DNA of 64,000 nt from an uncultured Candidatus Saccharibacteria bacterium (GCA_946538495.1 CAMNGP010000001.1:121156-185155), one strand, 5' to 3'; positions 40,804-50,688 are shown, counted from the first letter of the stretch. The notes: generated from the sequence alone by a model not told the origin. Translations and numbers: made by a program.

Positions 40804-42255
40804 TTATCTAGCCATACAACGTACAGAAATGCCGTCTGTGCGGACGCGATTATCATCTGGAAATGCAGTTGCACCCCACGACGGCACTGTTACGAGCAGA
40901 TCCCAAGAATAACGAGTAGCACGAACCATGGATGACCAAAAGTAACCATTCCATCCAATGTCATCGTACCATTCGCCACCCCACATGGCACCAAGTGGAA
41001 AATAAAGAGGAAATTCCCATGGGTAAGGATCTTCCATCATATAAGTGCCATCATCCCAGCCATATTGGTTGACTAAGTATTGGAAGGAGCCAGAGCCGGT
41101 ATTACTACCACTCTTTGGCAAAGTCCAGCCAGCTGGGCAGATAGATTGATTTACATTTGTGCCATCCGTGGTATAGCTACTAGAATCTGCCATAGCTACA
41201 GCAGCTGTCCAGTTATAGTAGTTGCCTAGGTGATAATGAGCATTACCAGAAGATACTGGAGTTTCGTCTTCGATTGTGCCACTCCAATAGAGATTGCCTA
41301 TATCATAGGATTCTGGTTGGTCAGAATAGCTATTCCAGGTGGTATCATTGGCAGTATACGTATTGGTTAGATAACCCCCATCAGCCCAGTTGCTTGGGAC
41401 ATCGGTATTGGCGCTATTTATGGCAGAACCACCATTAATGATATCAAAGTCTAGATTTTGCGTCATCCAACAATTACCATCGGCAAGTTTAGCTACATAA
41501 TAAACCTTATTGTCACGACTATCTATAAGTTGAGCTTGTTCGCCAATTGCGTCTACACCGCTACAAATAGTAGAATTCATATCTTGCATCTTGTAATAGC
41601 CATTGAGTTTGGTTTTACCAGCTGCAGCGTAAGCATCATCTATCGTTACGGGAGTTGGCGCCGCATTACTCGTCAGCGTAAAATTAATCACATTCCTATA
41701 TTCACCAGAAGGCTGAGAAGAAGAGGCTTTAGCGGCGATTTTGAAGTCAAAGGAAGTGGTGCCGTTAGTATTTAGTTCTTTTAGGGTTTTGCCTGATTCT
41801 GCAGTATATAGTGGAAGACCAGAATAGTTAGACCAGATAGAGCCATTGTCCGAAATAGCATAGCCCCATGTATTATCATTAGTGAGACTAGCAAGGTCTG
41901 CATTAGTAGCAATACTTGAAAAGATATTGCCAGTATTACTTATATGATTAAGACTAGTATTACTATAGGATGGATTACTGTGTGTATTATCACCTACTGT
42001 AGCAGTAATGACATAGCCAGTACTATTATTGGATGTAGCAGTAACTCTAATAATGTTACTATCACTACTAGTACCTGGAGAGAGATTATAGATGTTAAGA
42101 TCAGCAGAAGATAATGTAAGTACTACCGAAGAATTGAAGGTGAATGAGACTGGGATATCTTGTTGGTAGGTGAGGGCGGAGGTGGAGGAAGTTAAGCTAA
42201 CTGAAGCCAAAAATGATGTTGTAAATAATGAGAAGATTGTAGCATGCCTTTTCAT
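40804..42255 (-). CDS. Secreted protein with beta-rich N-domain and FISUMP (Fibrobacter succinogenes major paralogous) C-domain
   Basis: DSRDNKVY, CWMTQNL, GNYYNW, ICPAGWTLP, GISVRC. Confidence 0.85.
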   Translation of the reverse strand: MKRHATIFSLFTTSFLASVSLTSSTSALTYQQDIPVSFTFNSSVVLTLSSADLNIYNLSPGTSSDSNIIRVTATSNNSTGYVITATVGDNTHSNPSYSNTSLNHISNTGNIFSSIATNADLASLTNDNTWGYAISDNGSIWSNYSGLPLYTAESGKTLKELNTNGTTSFDFKIAAKASSSQPSGEYRNVINFTLTSNAAPTPVTIDDAYAAAGKTKLNGYYKMQDMNSTICSGVDAIGEQAQLIDSRDNKVYYVAKLADGNCWMTQNLDFDIINGGSAINSANTDVPSNWADGGYLTNTYTANDTTWNSYSDQPESYDIGNLYWSGTIEDETPVSSGNAHYHLGNYYNWTAAVAMADSSSYTTDGTNVNQSICPAGWTLPKSGSNTGSGSFQYLVNQYGWDDGTYMMEDPYPWEFPLYFPLGAMWGGEWYDDIGWNGYFWSSMVRATRYSWDLLVTVPSWGATAFPDDNRVRTDGISVRCMAR

Positions 42256-42297
42256 AATTTCATTATAGCATAAGTTGTTTGATATTGTAAAATGTCC

Positions 42298-43224
42298 TTA
42301 AATCAGCCCCCAATGATTGGCCCCCAGAGCACGCACCTGACCTTTGATTTCGAGCAGTGTAATTGATTGATTAAACATAGTGGACGTAAGATTGGCTGCA
42401 GCCATAATAGCCTCGCCGTCGCGTTTGCCGTCGTAGAGCGCCTGCAAAATAGCGGCTTCTTCTGGAGTATCGCCAAATAACACCGTCTGGCTGGCTTGCT
42501 TGCGAGTTTTAAAATATTCTTTAGGGAATAATATGCTCAGGATATCTTCTGGGCAAGTATATGGATTTGCTCCATGGCGAATAAGTTTATTACACCCCTG
42601 AGATAGTGGGCTAGTAATGTTGCCTGGTACTGCAAATACTTCTTTACCCTGTTCGAGCGCATGTGCGGCGGTGTTTAAAGAACCAGACCGCTCAGCGGCT
42701 TCTACTACAATCACTATATCAGATAAACCAGAGATAATGCGGTTGCGCTCTAAAAAGCTTGTTTTGGGGTGAAAATCGGCTCCTGGTGCCAATTCACTGA
42801 TGATGGCGCCTTCTTGCTCGACGATGCTTTTAGCTAATTTAGCATGAGATTTTGGGTAAATCTGATCAATAGGAGTACCAAGAACTGCTATAGTGCGGCC
42901 ACCAGCATCAAGCGCCGCCGAATGCGCAATCGAATCTATTCCGTAGGCAAGACCAGAAACAATAATAACACCATGTTTGGCCAGTTCATAAGCCATTCGA
43001 TAAGCTACCTCCTCACCATAACGAGTATTGCGACGGGCGCCTACGACTGCTACAACTTTCGGCCTCTCTGTTTTATCATTTTTTGACATATTTTCTGGCA
43101 TTTTGCCATAAATGTACAATGTTTTAGGCTTAAGCGCAATAGAGCTTAACACCTCTGTAAAATTGTGTTCTAGGGGTGATATTTGGTTGAATTTTTCAAA
43201 AAAAGTAGTAAATAGTGTTGACAT
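42298..43224 (-). CDS. dprA: DNA-processing protein DprA
   Basis: VVGARR, VSGLAYGID, RNRIISGL, SGSLNTA, VFAVPG. Confidence 0.95.
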   Translation of the reverse strand: MSTLFTTFFEKFNQISPLEHNFTEVLSSIALKPKTLYIYGKMPENMSKNDKTERPKVVAVVGARRNTRYGEEVAYRMAYELAKHGVIIVSGLAYGIDSIAHSAALDAGGRTIAVLGTPIDQIYPKSHAKLAKSIVEQEGAIISELAPGADFHPKTSFLERNRIISGLSDIVIVVEAAERSGSLNTAAHALEQGKEVFAVPGNITSPLSQGCNKLIRHGANPYTCPEDILSILFPKEYFKTRKQASQTVLFGDTPEEAAILQALYDGKRDGEAIMAAANLTSTMFNQSITLLEIKGQVRALGANHWGLI

Positions 43225-43246
43225 ATTTTCTCCTGTGTGATATAAT
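43218..43246 (+). promoter_or_regulatory. Perfect sigma70 promoter driving the candidate ncRNA
   Basis: TTGACA (43218-23), 17 nt, TATAAT (43241-46), with extended -10 TG. Confidence 0.8.
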
Positions 43247-43252
43247 AAGGTC

Positions 43253-43563
43253 AGTTGGGGCACAAAAAAGTGCTCCACACCGCACCTAAATAAGTTATAA
43301 TTTCAGCTATACTACTTCCAGTATAGCAGAAATTGCGAGCTTTTGAAACCCTTTCACACTTAAAATTTCTTCATGGTTTTAAGTTTATAAGTATTACCTC
43401 CACTTTGAAAGGATCGTTTCGAAGGCTTAGCAATCCCTCTAACCGGCGGGCCCCAATTTGTGTGAGGTGGGTTACGCTCCGGGGTCTCCCCGGTATAAAT
43501 CAGAGAAGCGTTAGAGGGCCAAAATACCCTCAGGTGATGCCCACCCTTACCTGAGGGTTTTTT
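43253..43563 (+). ncRNA. Unassigned structured non-coding RNA (~310 nt)
   Basis: Promoter, five consecutive stem-loops with G-U pairs on the + strand, terminal hairpin + T run; no convincing ORF. Confidence 0.6.
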
Positions 43564-43582
43564 GATGTGCTATAATTAAAGT

Positions 43583-44014
43583 ATGCAAAATGAATATAAT
43601 TACAAAGCAGAAGTTTCGGCTGAGCCTAAAGAAGGTGTAGTTTCAGAAAACAACGAGGAAATTACCAGTATTGGCGTTTGGGACAAACCATACATCTATA
43701 TAATTATATCCTTCTTGCTTTCTTTACCACTATTGCTACTAAGCCTCTTCAGTGATAATTCTAAAATAATTTCATCTTTTTTAAATTGTATTGAGCGGGG
43801 AGCTCCCGAGGGTCTGTGTTTTGGCGACTTGGTGAGTTTTTTTGTGAGCTTACCAATCATGATGGCTACCGTAGCATTGCCGACTGTTTTTGTGGCCGTT
43901 GCGTTTACGAAAATTAAAAATTCAAAAAATAAGAATCTGAGTTATTGGCTAGTTTCAATGGCTCTTGTTTTTTTAATAATTACACTTTGTGCATTTTTTA
44001 TTCGTAATTACTAA
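43583..44014 (+). CDS. Hypothetical three-TM membrane protein
   Basis: Hydrophobic segments; TGCTATAAT-N6-ATG start. Confidence 0.7.
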   Translation: MQNEYNYKAEVSAEPKEGVVSENNEEITSIGVWDKPYIYIIISFLLSLPLLLLSLFSDNSKIISSFLNCIERGAPEGLCFGDLVSFFVSLPIMMATVALPTVFVAVAFTKIKNSKNKNLSYWLVSMALVFLIITLCAFFIRNY

Positions 44015-44070
44015 GACGTTGTAATCAATTTATATACTTATGCTTGACTGGATGTGTTACTATTATATAT

Positions 44071-46434
44071 ATGGCTAAAAACCTGGTAATAGTAGAGAGC
44101 CCAGCTAAGGCCCACACGATTGAAAAATATCTGGGGGCCGATTTTAAGGTGCTGGCTAGTGTGGGGCATATTCGTAAGGATACGAAGGTTGATAAAGATA
44201 CTTTTGACGTAACGTACGAAATCGACCCAGGGCATAAATCTATTATTACAGAACTAAAGAAAGAAGTAAAAAATGCCGACAAAGTCTGGCTAGCAACGGA
44301 TGAAGACCGTGAAGGAGAGTCTATTTCGTGGCACCTGTGCGAAGTTTTGAAGCTGCCCAAGAATACCGCCAGAATTACTTTCCACGAAATCACTAAGCCG
44401 GCGCTAGATGCGGCAATCAAAAATCCTCGCACTGTGGACATGGATATGGTGGCTTCACAGCAAGCCAGGCAAACATTGGATATGCTAGTAGGATACGATT
44501 TGTCTGATATTGTGCGCAAAAAAGTACCTGGCGCGATTTCGGCTGGGCGTGTGCAATCGCCAGCATTAAGATTAATTGTAGAACGCGAAAAAAAGATTGA
44601 GAAATTTGATTCGACATCTACTTATAAAATCTCTGGTGAGTTTATTAGGGGTAAAGAATTTGGCACGATGAATCCCAAGGGACATGAAGACTTGGCTGGA
44701 GCGGCCCGAGGCGTATCCGAGGGGCGCGCCATGTCAAATCCTTTACCCTTTAGCGCTCTTTATGACGGGGACGCGCCAGAGAATGAAGATACAGCGAAGG
44801 AGTTACTCGACAAGTTATCACAGTCCGAATATAAAGTCGAGGACGTAGACGAAGCAGAAGGAACAAAATCTGCTCCGGTGCCGTTTACTACTGCCGCCCT
44901 GCAGATTGAAGCTAACGCTAAACTTGGATTTACTTCGCGCACTACGATGAACGCCGCTCAAGGTTTGTATCAGGCTGGCTTAATCACATATCACAGAACT
45001 GACTCCCTAAATCTATCGTCTCAAGCCGTCAAGGCGATTTCTGATTACATAAAGGGTAGTTTTGGTGAAAAATATCTAAAAACACGTCATTTTAAGACTA
45101 AGGACGCTAGTGCGCAGGAAGCACATGAGGCAATCCGCCCTACCAATGTTGCCGTTGCGAGCGCTGGTAAGAATAATTTCGAAAAAAGATTGTATCAGCT
45201 AATCTGGGCACGCACGGTAGCCACACAGATGGCGAATGCTAAAATCGCTAAAACCACCATCAAACTTTCACACAATTTTGTCGCGAAAGGCGAAGTGGTG
45301 ATATTTGATGGATTCTTAAGAGTATACGGTAAGTCTAAAAATACTGAGCTGCCAAAGCTAGCTAAAGGCGACATGGTAGATTGTGAAGAATTAATCGCAA
45401 AGCAAACTTTTGGCAAACCGCCCGCTCGTTATACTGAGGGCTCACTCGTCAAAAAGCTGGAGGAGCTTGGTATTGGTAGGCCATCGACCTACGCCAGTAT
45501 TATGACGGCCATTCAGGCGCGTGGCTACGTAGCAAAGGGCGAATCCGAAGGCGATGAGCGAGAGGTTGTCGAATTTAGGGCCAAGAAAGGGAAAGTCGAA
45601 CGAGAAATTGTCCATGAAAAATTTGGCGCCAACAAGGGTAAATTGATTCCGACTCCGATTGGCGAATTGGTGGCTGGATTTTTAGTAGATAATTTTAAAA
45701 ATATTGTTGATTATAAGTTCACAGCGAATATCGAGAAAGATCTTGACCTTGTGGCAGATGCCAAATTAGAGCGCGTAAAAATGCTCCGAGATTTTTATAA
45801 ACCCTTCCGAGATACGGTGCTAACAGCGCAAGGGGTAGAGAGATATAATAACTCGCGCCTGCTAGGACATGATCCAAAGACTGGTAAGCCTATTTATGCC
45901 AAAGTAGGGAAAAACGGTGGCTTTATCCAGCTAGGCGACAACGAAAAAGAAGCTGGCGAGAAACCACGTTTTGCGCCTTTGCCAAAACGAAAATCAGTTA
46001 AAACTGTCAATCTAGAACAGGCTTTAAAGCAATTGGATTTACCGGCTCTGCCACGTTTACTCGGTAAGGCTCCTGATGGGACCGAAATAATTGCCGCAAA
46101 TGGTCCGTTTGGTCCATATCTTAAAGGTGGCAAATATAACATTCCAATGAAAGATTTGGATCCCTATATTGTGTCACTAGAAGAGGCTTTGCCGCTATAT
46201 CAAGCTAAAATTGATTCTATCATTGCTGACTGGAACGACATTATGATTATTAATGGCGCATATGGGCCATACATTAAAGGCCCAGGGCGCCGCAATAACG
46301 TCAAAATACCAAAAGAACAAGACCCTAAGAAAATCACCCGCAAGCAAGCAGAAGAAATGCTAGCAAATAAGCCTAAAACTACCCGTCGTGGCACGCGTGG
46401 GCGCCGCAAAACCACCAAGAAGAGTAAGAAATAA
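44071..46434 (+). CDS. topA: DNA topoisomerase I, with in-frame palindromic insert
   Basis: LVIVESPAK, DEDREGE, SAGRVQ, ITYHRTDS, AHEAIRP, GRPSTY; C-terminal G(P/K)xGxY repeats. Confidence 0.98.
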   Translation: MAKNLVIVESPAKAHTIEKYLGADFKVLASVGHIRKDTKVDKDTFDVTYEIDPGHKSIITELKKEVKNADKVWLATDEDREGESISWHLCEVLKLPKNTARITFHEITKPALDAAIKNPRTVDMDMVASQQARQTLDMLVGYDLSDIVRKKVPGAISAGRVQSPALRLIVEREKKIEKFDSTSTYKISGEFIRGKEFGTMNPKGHEDLAGAARGVSEGRAMSNPLPFSALYDGDAPENEDTAKELLDKLSQSEYKVEDVDEAEGTKSAPVPFTTAALQIEANAKLGFTSRTTMNAAQGLYQAGLITYHRTDSLNLSSQAVKAISDYIKGSFGEKYLKTRHFKTKDASAQEAHEAIRPTNVAVASAGKNNFEKRLYQLIWARTVATQMANAKIAKTTIKLSHNFVAKGEVVIFDGFLRVYGKSKNTELPKLAKGDMVDCEELIAKQTFGKPPARYTEGSLVKKLEELGIGRPSTYASIMTAIQARGYVAKGESEGDEREVVEFRAKKGKVEREIVHEKFGANKGKLIPTPIGELVAGFLVDNFKNIVDYKFTANIEKDLDLVADAKLERVKMLRDFYKPFRDTVLTAQGVERYNNSRLLGHDPKTGKPIYAKVGKNGGFIQLGDNEKEAGEKPRFAPLPKRKSVKTVNLEQALKQLDLPALPRLLGKAPDGTEIIAANGPFGPYLKGGKYNIPMKDLDPYIVSLEEALPLYQAKIDSIIADWNDIMIINGAYGPYIKGPGRRNNVKIPKEQDPKKITRKQAEEMLANKPKTTRRGTRGRRKTTKKSKK
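44647..44750. repeat. Palindromic element read in-frame within topA
   Basis: Arms aggggtaaagaatttggcacg / catgtcaaatcctttaccctt; core homologous to 40135-40233. Confidence 0.85.
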
Positions 46435-46585
46435 TAACATATTTTGATAGAAAAATATTAATCACAAAAAATGTGATATAATAGGCTCTAGGAAATGATA
46501 ATTTCATAGTTGACATTCGTGCAAACATATGATATTATAGTAAAAGTTTATCAATTTAACAGGGGTGGAATAAGGAATACAGATA

Positions 46586-47614
46586 ATGGATCAAAATGCG
46601 GAAATCCTAAAAAAAGCAATATCCGGAAGCCTAGAAATAATCGAGCAAGACCGCGAAAAGGAAATCATTTCTCGCAGATTTGGCCTAAATGGCACCAAAG
46701 AAACGCTAGAACAAATTGGGGAAATGCTTTCAATCACAAGAGAGCGTGTTCGTCAACTCGAAAAGGCCATTCTAATCCGTCTCCAAATTTCCGCTGAGGA
46801 GAACCAAATCCCAGAATTAGCCGCCGCCGAAAAGATTTTGATCCGTAATCTTACCGAAACTGGACGCGTAGCCAGACTTAGCGACTTAGCCGACAAAGTG
46901 TACGGCAGAAAGGCTACCGCCTCTGAAAAAACTGGTATTTATTTTATCGCGACTTTTGCCAAAAACTTAACCATCGTAGAAGAGAACGACAAATATCATG
47001 CCGCAATTGGTATTACGGAATATGGTGATAGCAAAGTAATTCGCGCTAGGGTAGACGAGATTGTTAAGATTCTCAAAGAGAACAAAGCGCCAATGACGCT
47101 TGATGAACTTGACAATAAGTTGGATTATGAGCATCCTGACCACATAAAAGCAGTAGCGTCAATTTCCAAATTACTCGCCTCTTTAAATGGCCTATGGGGG
47201 CTAGCCAAATGGCCATCCGTTAATCCTAAAAACATTCGCGATAAAATTTTCGTGATTCTTGAGATGAAAAAGGAGCCAATGCATTTTTCAGATATAGCCA
47301 AGGAAATTAAAGAATCGAGCTTCAAGCGCAAAAATGTTACTATTCAGGCAATCCATAATGAATTAATTAAGGACTCCCGTTTTGTGCTGATTGGTCGCGG
47401 TATCTATGCTCTGAGCAGCTGGGGCTACAAAAAGGGCACGATTTCCGAAATCATCCGCTCAATTTTGGAAAAATCTGATGAGCCAATGACCAGAGAAGAA
47501 ATCGTCAAACAAGTTTTGAAAGTCCGCAAAGTTAAAGAAACCACTATTTTATTAAATCTACAGAATAAAAAATTATTTAAAAAAGTTGATAAGAATTTAT
47601 TTACGTTAGCTTAA
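46586..47614 (+). CDS. Sigma70 region-4 HTH + HARE-HTH-like domain protein
   Basis: TLEQIGEMLSITRERVRQLE; HNELIKDSRFVLIGRGIYAL. Confidence 0.85.
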   Translation: MDQNAEILKKAISGSLEIIEQDREKEIISRRFGLNGTKETLEQIGEMLSITRERVRQLEKAILIRLQISAEENQIPELAAAEKILIRNLTETGRVARLSDLADKVYGRKATASEKTGIYFIATFAKNLTIVEENDKYHAAIGITEYGDSKVIRARVDEIVKILKENKAPMTLDELDNKLDYEHPDHIKAVASISKLLASLNGLWGLAKWPSVNPKNIRDKIFVILEMKKEPMHFSDIAKEIKESSFKRKNVTIQAIHNELIKDSRFVLIGRGIYALSSWGYKKGTISEIIRSILEKSDEPMTREEIVKQVLKVRKVKETTILLNLQNKKLFKKVDKNLFTLA

Positions 47615-47632
47615 GTATGATAAAATAATAAT

Positions 47633-50575
47633 ATGGAAGCGATCATACATTTTATTTTAATGCCGATCTTCTGGATTCCCGTAGTTGGGATTCTGGCATT
47701 TTTAACCTATCGAAATTACAAAAAACTCAATAAACTCAAAGTCTTGAATGTAGATTCTGTCTTGTTGATGCTCGAGATCCCGAGAGAGAATGACAAAAAA
47801 GAATTAGCTGCAGAGCAACTTTTTGCATCCTTGCATGGAATTCTGCGAGATAAAAGAGAACTCAAAAATTCTGGCGGGGTGCAGGAGCATTTATCTTTTG
47901 AGATCGTTTCTACAGCTGGACAGATTAGATTTTATGTCTGGGTGCCAAAGATTTTGCAAAGCTTTGTAGAAGGGCAGATTTATTCTCAGTATCCTACTGT
48001 ACAAATCTACAAGATGAATGAAGATTATGTCGATGATCGCACCAAATATCCCGTAGTTTACTCCTCAGAACTTGCCCTAACGGATAACGAAGTGTTGCCG
48101 ATTAAGACTTTTGATAATTTCGAGGTTGATCCTTTGGCCGGAATCACTGGTACACTGGCAAAACTAAGCCCAGATCGCTCAGAAGAACTCTGGATACAGA
48201 TTTTGGCCCGCCCAATTGCAGATGACTGGCACAAAAACACTACAGATAAATGGGTGCAAAAGGTAAAATCTGGCAAACGCACGTTTCTTGGTGGTAGCGG
48301 TATAGATTGGACTTGGGTGGTTGAGGCTTTGGGCGCGCTATTTCGCCCACCGGCTGGCGGCACAAACTCTGAAGAGAAGATTGAACTATCTGAACGCGAT
48401 AAAACCAGAATCGCTAAAGCCGAAGAAAAGGCTACTAAATTAGGGTATGAGGTTAAGATTAGGCTAGCGTATTTAGGCCAAAACCAAACCGATGCACGTC
48501 TTAATATGCAGGCACTGGTAGGGACCTTTAAACAGTATAATTCCACAAATCTTAACGGCTTTAAGCAGGTAGGAGGAAGTTTCGACCCTACTACTCTAGA
48601 TGCTTATAAGCTGCGCGAGTTTGCGGACCATGGTTTTATTCTGAATATATCTGAGCTGGCTTCTGTTTATCATCTTCCTCATACGTCTGTAGAAACTCCG
48701 AATATCGTCTGGGCCAACTCCAAGACAGCCGAACCACCGGCAAAATTACCAGTACTGACGGGTAATTCGTCTGAAGATGAGAACGTATCAGCGTTTGGCT
48801 TAACTAATTTCCGTGGCATCAACCATCAGTTTGGCCTGCTGCGTCGTGACCGCTCTCGTCATGTTTATATTATCGGTCAGACCGGGGCAGGAAAGAGTGG
48901 CCTACTAGAACTCTTGGCGCTCTCAGACGTATTCTATAACCAAGGTTATTGTATTATCGACCCACATGGTGATTTTGCAATCGATAACCTTCGCTTTATC
49001 CCGGAATCGAGAGTCAAGGATGTAGTGTATTTTAACCCTGCCGATACAGCTTTTCCTGTTGCATTCAACCCGCTCGAGATTACCGACCCTACTCGCAAGC
49101 CCAATATCTGTTCCGAAGTGATTGGCGTATTAAAACGCATGTTCGGCGACTCCTGGGGCCCAAGACTAGAGCATATTCTACGCTATACACTACTTGCCCT
49201 GCTCGACCGCCCCTCCACTACCCTCTTGGACATTTCTAGATTATTAACAGATAAAGAATTCCGCAAGGAGACCTTAGACTATTGTAAGGATGTGACTGTT
49301 CTACAATTCTGGAAACATGAGTTTGGGCAATGGAACGAAAAACAGGTTAACGAGTCTATTGCGCCAGTGCTTAATAAGGTTGGGGCCTTTACCGCGAATC
49401 CGATTATTCGTAATATAATTGGGCAGCCAAAATCTTCCTTTGATATCCGTAAGATTATGGATGAAGGTAAAATACTAATTGTCAACCTGTCTAAAGGCTT
49501 AATCGGCGAAGACAATGCAGCAATTCTAGGTGCTTTCTTGGTAACTAAAGTACAGCTTGCTGCTATGTCGCGTTCGGATATTCCATTAGTTGAAGACCGA
49601 CGCCCATTCTATCTATATGTAGATGAGTTTCAGAACTTCGCCACAGATTCTTTTGCAGTAATACTGTCTGAAGCGCGCAAATACGGCCTTAATCTGACCG
49701 TGGCAAACCAATACGTAGCTCAAATGACTGATTCAGTGCGTGACGCCGTATTTGGTAACGTAGGTACTACCATTTCATTCCGCGTCTCGGCCGACGATGC
49801 GCCAATACTTGTCAAACAATTTGAACCCACTTTCGACGAGTCTGATATCATCCAGCTCAATAACCGACACTTTGTGATTTCAATGATTATCAATGGCGAA
49901 AAAGTGCCGGCATTCTCTGCCACCACTCTTTCTATCCCGAAGACACCGAAAGACAATCTAGATGCGATTATTGCTCATTCAAGAGAGTTATTTGCTAGGC
50001 CAAGACTCGAGGTCGAGTCAGAAATCCGTGAGACGATCGAACAATCCGAAAAATACAAAAGGGAATTGGCGGATTCTGGGCGTCAAGAAGTAAATAAGCC
50101 AGTTTTTGCCCCTCTTTCTAATACCGAACAGAAACCGAACTTAAAACATCAACCCACGCCACAAGGCGACTTCATCCGTCAAAAAATTAGTCCCAATGCC
50201 GCTGAGGGTAAAGAAAGATTAGGATTAAAAGATTTAGCGACACTCCTAGGAGGCCAGGGAAAAGACGACCAGGGAAATAAAGCCCAGGAGGAGCCTGTAC
50301 AGGATCAGCCCGAACCTCAGCCTGTAGAACCCCCAAAAAAACAGAGGTCAAACAGACACAAAAACAAGAAAAAGGCCAACAAAACAGTAGAGAAACAGGA
50401 AGATGCCACTCCTGTTGTTCCCTCTGTTAGGCCAGAGATAGAATATCAAGAGAAATCGACCGTGGTAATTGAGCCTACGCACGATCCTCTGCCCCTGTCT
50501 ACCCCTGTTAAAAGTGCAGATGAGTTTGCCAAGGCCGATAATTCGATGGATGGGTTTTTATCAGTAAAACACTAA
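47633..50575 (+). CDS. VirD4/TraG/HerA-like membrane ATPase
   Basis: GQTGAGKS Walker A, IDPHGD, YVDEFQNF, EARKY, ANQY. Confidence 0.88.
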   Translation: MEAIIHFILMPIFWIPVVGILAFLTYRNYKKLNKLKVLNVDSVLLMLEIPRENDKKELAAEQLFASLHGILRDKRELKNSGGVQEHLSFEIVSTAGQIRFYVWVPKILQSFVEGQIYSQYPTVQIYKMNEDYVDDRTKYPVVYSSELALTDNEVLPIKTFDNFEVDPLAGITGTLAKLSPDRSEELWIQILARPIADDWHKNTTDKWVQKVKSGKRTFLGGSGIDWTWVVEALGALFRPPAGGTNSEEKIELSERDKTRIAKAEEKATKLGYEVKIRLAYLGQNQTDARLNMQALVGTFKQYNSTNLNGFKQVGGSFDPTTLDAYKLREFADHGFILNISELASVYHLPHTSVETPNIVWANSKTAEPPAKLPVLTGNSSEDENVSAFGLTNFRGINHQFGLLRRDRSRHVYIIGQTGAGKSGLLELLALSDVFYNQGYCIIDPHGDFAIDNLRFIPESRVKDVVYFNPADTAFPVAFNPLEITDPTRKPNICSEVIGVLKRMFGDSWGPRLEHILRYTLLALLDRPSTTLLDISRLLTDKEFRKETLDYCKDVTVLQFWKHEFGQWNEKQVNESIAPVLNKVGAFTANPIIRNIIGQPKSSFDIRKIMDEGKILIVNLSKGLIGEDNAAILGAFLVTKVQLAAMSRSDIPLVEDRRPFYLYVDEFQNFATDSFAVILSEARKYGLNLTVANQYVAQMTDSVRDAVFGNVGTTISFRVSADDAPILVKQFEPTFDESDIIQLNNRHFVISMIINGEKVPAFSATTLSIPKTPKDNLDAIIAHSRELFARPRLEVESEIRETIEQSEKYKRELADSGRQEVNKPVFAPLSNTEQKPNLKHQPTPQGDFIRQKISPNAAEGKERLGLKDLATLLGGQGKDDQGNKAQEEPVQDQPEPQPVEPPKKQRSNRHKNKKKANKTVEKQEDATPVVPSVRPEIEYQEKSTVVIEPTHDPLPLSTPVKSADEFAKADNSMDGFLSVKH

Positions 50576-50688
50576 AAAAGAATTAAGCTACAAAAAGAAG
50601 GGAAATAAAAGTAAAATTTTTGATGGCCAGAAAACTCAAAATTCAAAAACTCGCCGCAAAGTCGGATGTCAAAATTAGCATAAGTGTA

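Noticed and set aside
40804-41000. FISUMP C-terminus as a diversity-generating retroelement target
   Set aside because: No template repeat or reverse transcriptase is visible in this window; a trans-acting DGR cannot be excluded.
43333-43554. 73-aa ORF over the structured region
   Set aside because: TTG start, no SD, and it runs through the hairpins; RNA structure explains the region better.
43253-43563. tmRNA, RNase P or ZTP riboswitch identity
   Set aside because: GGGGC start and gaggtgggtta are only superficial; the TTCGA/CCA end, GAGGAAAGTCC and CGCCTGGGC motifs are absent.
47633-50575. Conjugative element
   Set aside because: Lone ATPase among core genes with no relaxase, other T4SS genes or integrase.
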